A stretch of DNA of 64,000 nucleotides from the NCBI GenBank assembly GCA_020720365.1, contig DYOU01000003.1, positions 4,719-68,718 of the forward strand, written 5' to 3'. This stretch comes from Candidatus Elulimicrobium sp. Its GTDB lineage: Bacteria > Omnitrophota > Gorgyraeia > Zapsychrales > Fredricksoniimonadaceae. Position numbers and translations under genes: made by a program. Below the pieces are notes generated by a model that was not told the origin of the DNA, searched no databases, and worked only from the letters and a program-made list of their open reading frames with translations. Each line of letters opens with the position of its first letter. Within the stretch, counting starts at the first letter, position 1. Shown in pieces: positions 63,405 through 64,000 of the stretch.

Positions 63405-64000
63405 TTACCAAGTGACTTCATAAATAAATATTTTAGTCCGACCTGTCAGGTCACTTTCCTTGGAGAAAGGCTTGAAATGGTGGAGACCGAGACCTTCAAA
63501 ATAATACATTCTTGCCAGAAGAGAATTAGCAATCATCCGATCTAGCAGGACGCAGCGAGGTGCTCCATTAGGGTCTTTGAAATAGACGACAGAGTAGGAA
63601 AGGTTGGCATCGGAAAACGTCTTTTCGGTAATTTTATTGCCATCGGCGTAGAGGATGCTTAGGGGAACACCTGAACCATATGAGGCAGATTGAATACTGA
63701 CTGTCATATCATTAGTATTTATGGCGACGCCCTGATCGAATAGAATTGTGTCTTTATTGAGTGCTACCGGGTTCAGGGTTGGGCTCTGTCGATAGGGCCC
63801 TCCTACCAGGCTCCAGATAAAATCGACATAATTTTTAGAGTTTTTGGAAGGTATTTTCTTGAGTGTTTCAGGATTTTTGTTAAGTTCTTCGATTTTTTTG
63901 AAGTTCCATTTCCCTAAATATCCTAACATAACATTTCCATCGACTATTTCATTATAAATAAGGATATAGGAAGGGGGAGGTTCTCCGTGCGTCATGAAGA
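63405..64000 (-). CDS. C-terminal part of an STT3/AglB/PglB-like oligosaccharyltransferase (tentative); the gene continues past the right window edge
   Basis: The reading frame is open to position 64000. The tail LLDRMIANSLLARMYYFEGLGLHHFKPFSKESDLTGRTKIFIYEVTW resembles the STT3-family C-terminus (S-L-M-Y-K-L-x-Y-Y-R-F ... F ... V-R-I-Y-K-V). The upstream PPSYILIYNEIVDG resembles the D-Y-V-L-V segment. Recognition is from memory only. Confidence 0.5.
   Translation of the reverse strand, partial: FMTHGEPPPSYILIYNEIVDGNVMLGYLGKWNFKKIEELNKNPETLKKIPSKNSKNYVDFIWSLVGGPYRQSPTLNPVALNKDTILFDQGVAINTNDMTVSIQSASYGSGVPLSILYADGNKITEKTFSDANLSYSVVYFKDPNGAPRCVLLDRMIANSLLARMYYFEGLGLHHFKPFSKESDLTGRTKIFIYEVTW

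Larger units (their letters stand above)
62513..63415 (+). pseudogene. PEP-protein phosphotransferase (PTS Enzyme I / PtsP-like) pseudogene: N-terminally truncated, interrupted by IS66 fragments, active-site region decayed
   Basis: The 5' piece (62513 to about 62765) reads LREKPYDIIDVGRRLLENLTG...KILIARKLLPSDALKL...LNGGVTSHVA, matching EI up to the phospho-His motif. The 3' piece (about 63136-63415) reads SVLRALKRTAQAA...SIYDDMAHDPRYIPFLLGIGVRTISL, matching the EI C-terminus with the CGE-M-AGD cysteine motif degraded. There are stops upstream of 62513 and no central PEP-binding domain. Confidence 0.7.

Overview
This 64-kb window looks like chromosome from a diderm bacterium of moderately low GC, and it is mostly tightly packed housekeeping operons. 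I cannot assign a taxon from the sequence alone.

Gene content, left to right:
- A ribonucleotide reductase large-subunit gene that runs off the left edge. The ORF track missed it.
- A Spy/CpxP-like gene.
- A TetR-controlled RND efflux operon (OMF-MFP-RND). It continues without gaps into a Cys-rich membrane-anchored protein, corA, vanZ, ppiC and glgE.
- A convergent glgM-like glycosyltransferase.
- A REC-PAS-GGDEF-EAL protein.
- ETF-ubiquinone oxidoreductase plus a fused EtfB-EtfA gene.
- A 1073-aa secreted protein with mixed base composition.
- An 11-gene nuoABCDHIJKLMN operon with no nuoEFG.
- A 597-aa uncharacterised protein on the minus strand.
- bioB-trxB-menG-menF-menD-surE followed by an HD-GYP response regulator.
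- A complete F1Fo ATP synthase operon.
- ktrBA, an HTH-REC regulator, an rRNA m5C methyltransferase, a kinase-fold protein, ttcA and thiC.

The last ~7.5 kb is the only clearly accessory or decaying region. It holds an ISL3-like transposase relic, a GC-richer two-gene module (a predicted outer-membrane beta-barrel plus a 1087-aa multi-CARDB-like surface protein), and tRNA-Ala(CGC) with its terminator. After that come a PTS Enzyme-I-like pseudogene broken by IS66-family fragments and the 3' end of an STT3/PglB-like oligosaccharyltransferase gene.

I saw no CRISPR array, rRNA gene, intact mobile element, integrase or recognisable defence system.

The best novelty candidates are the IS/tRNA-bracketed OMP + CARDB module, the chimeric 1073-aa secreted protein, the Cys-rich protein coupled to the RND pump, and the 597-aa TIM-barrel-like protein. 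All of these are hypotheses drawn from reading the sequence. No database search was possible.
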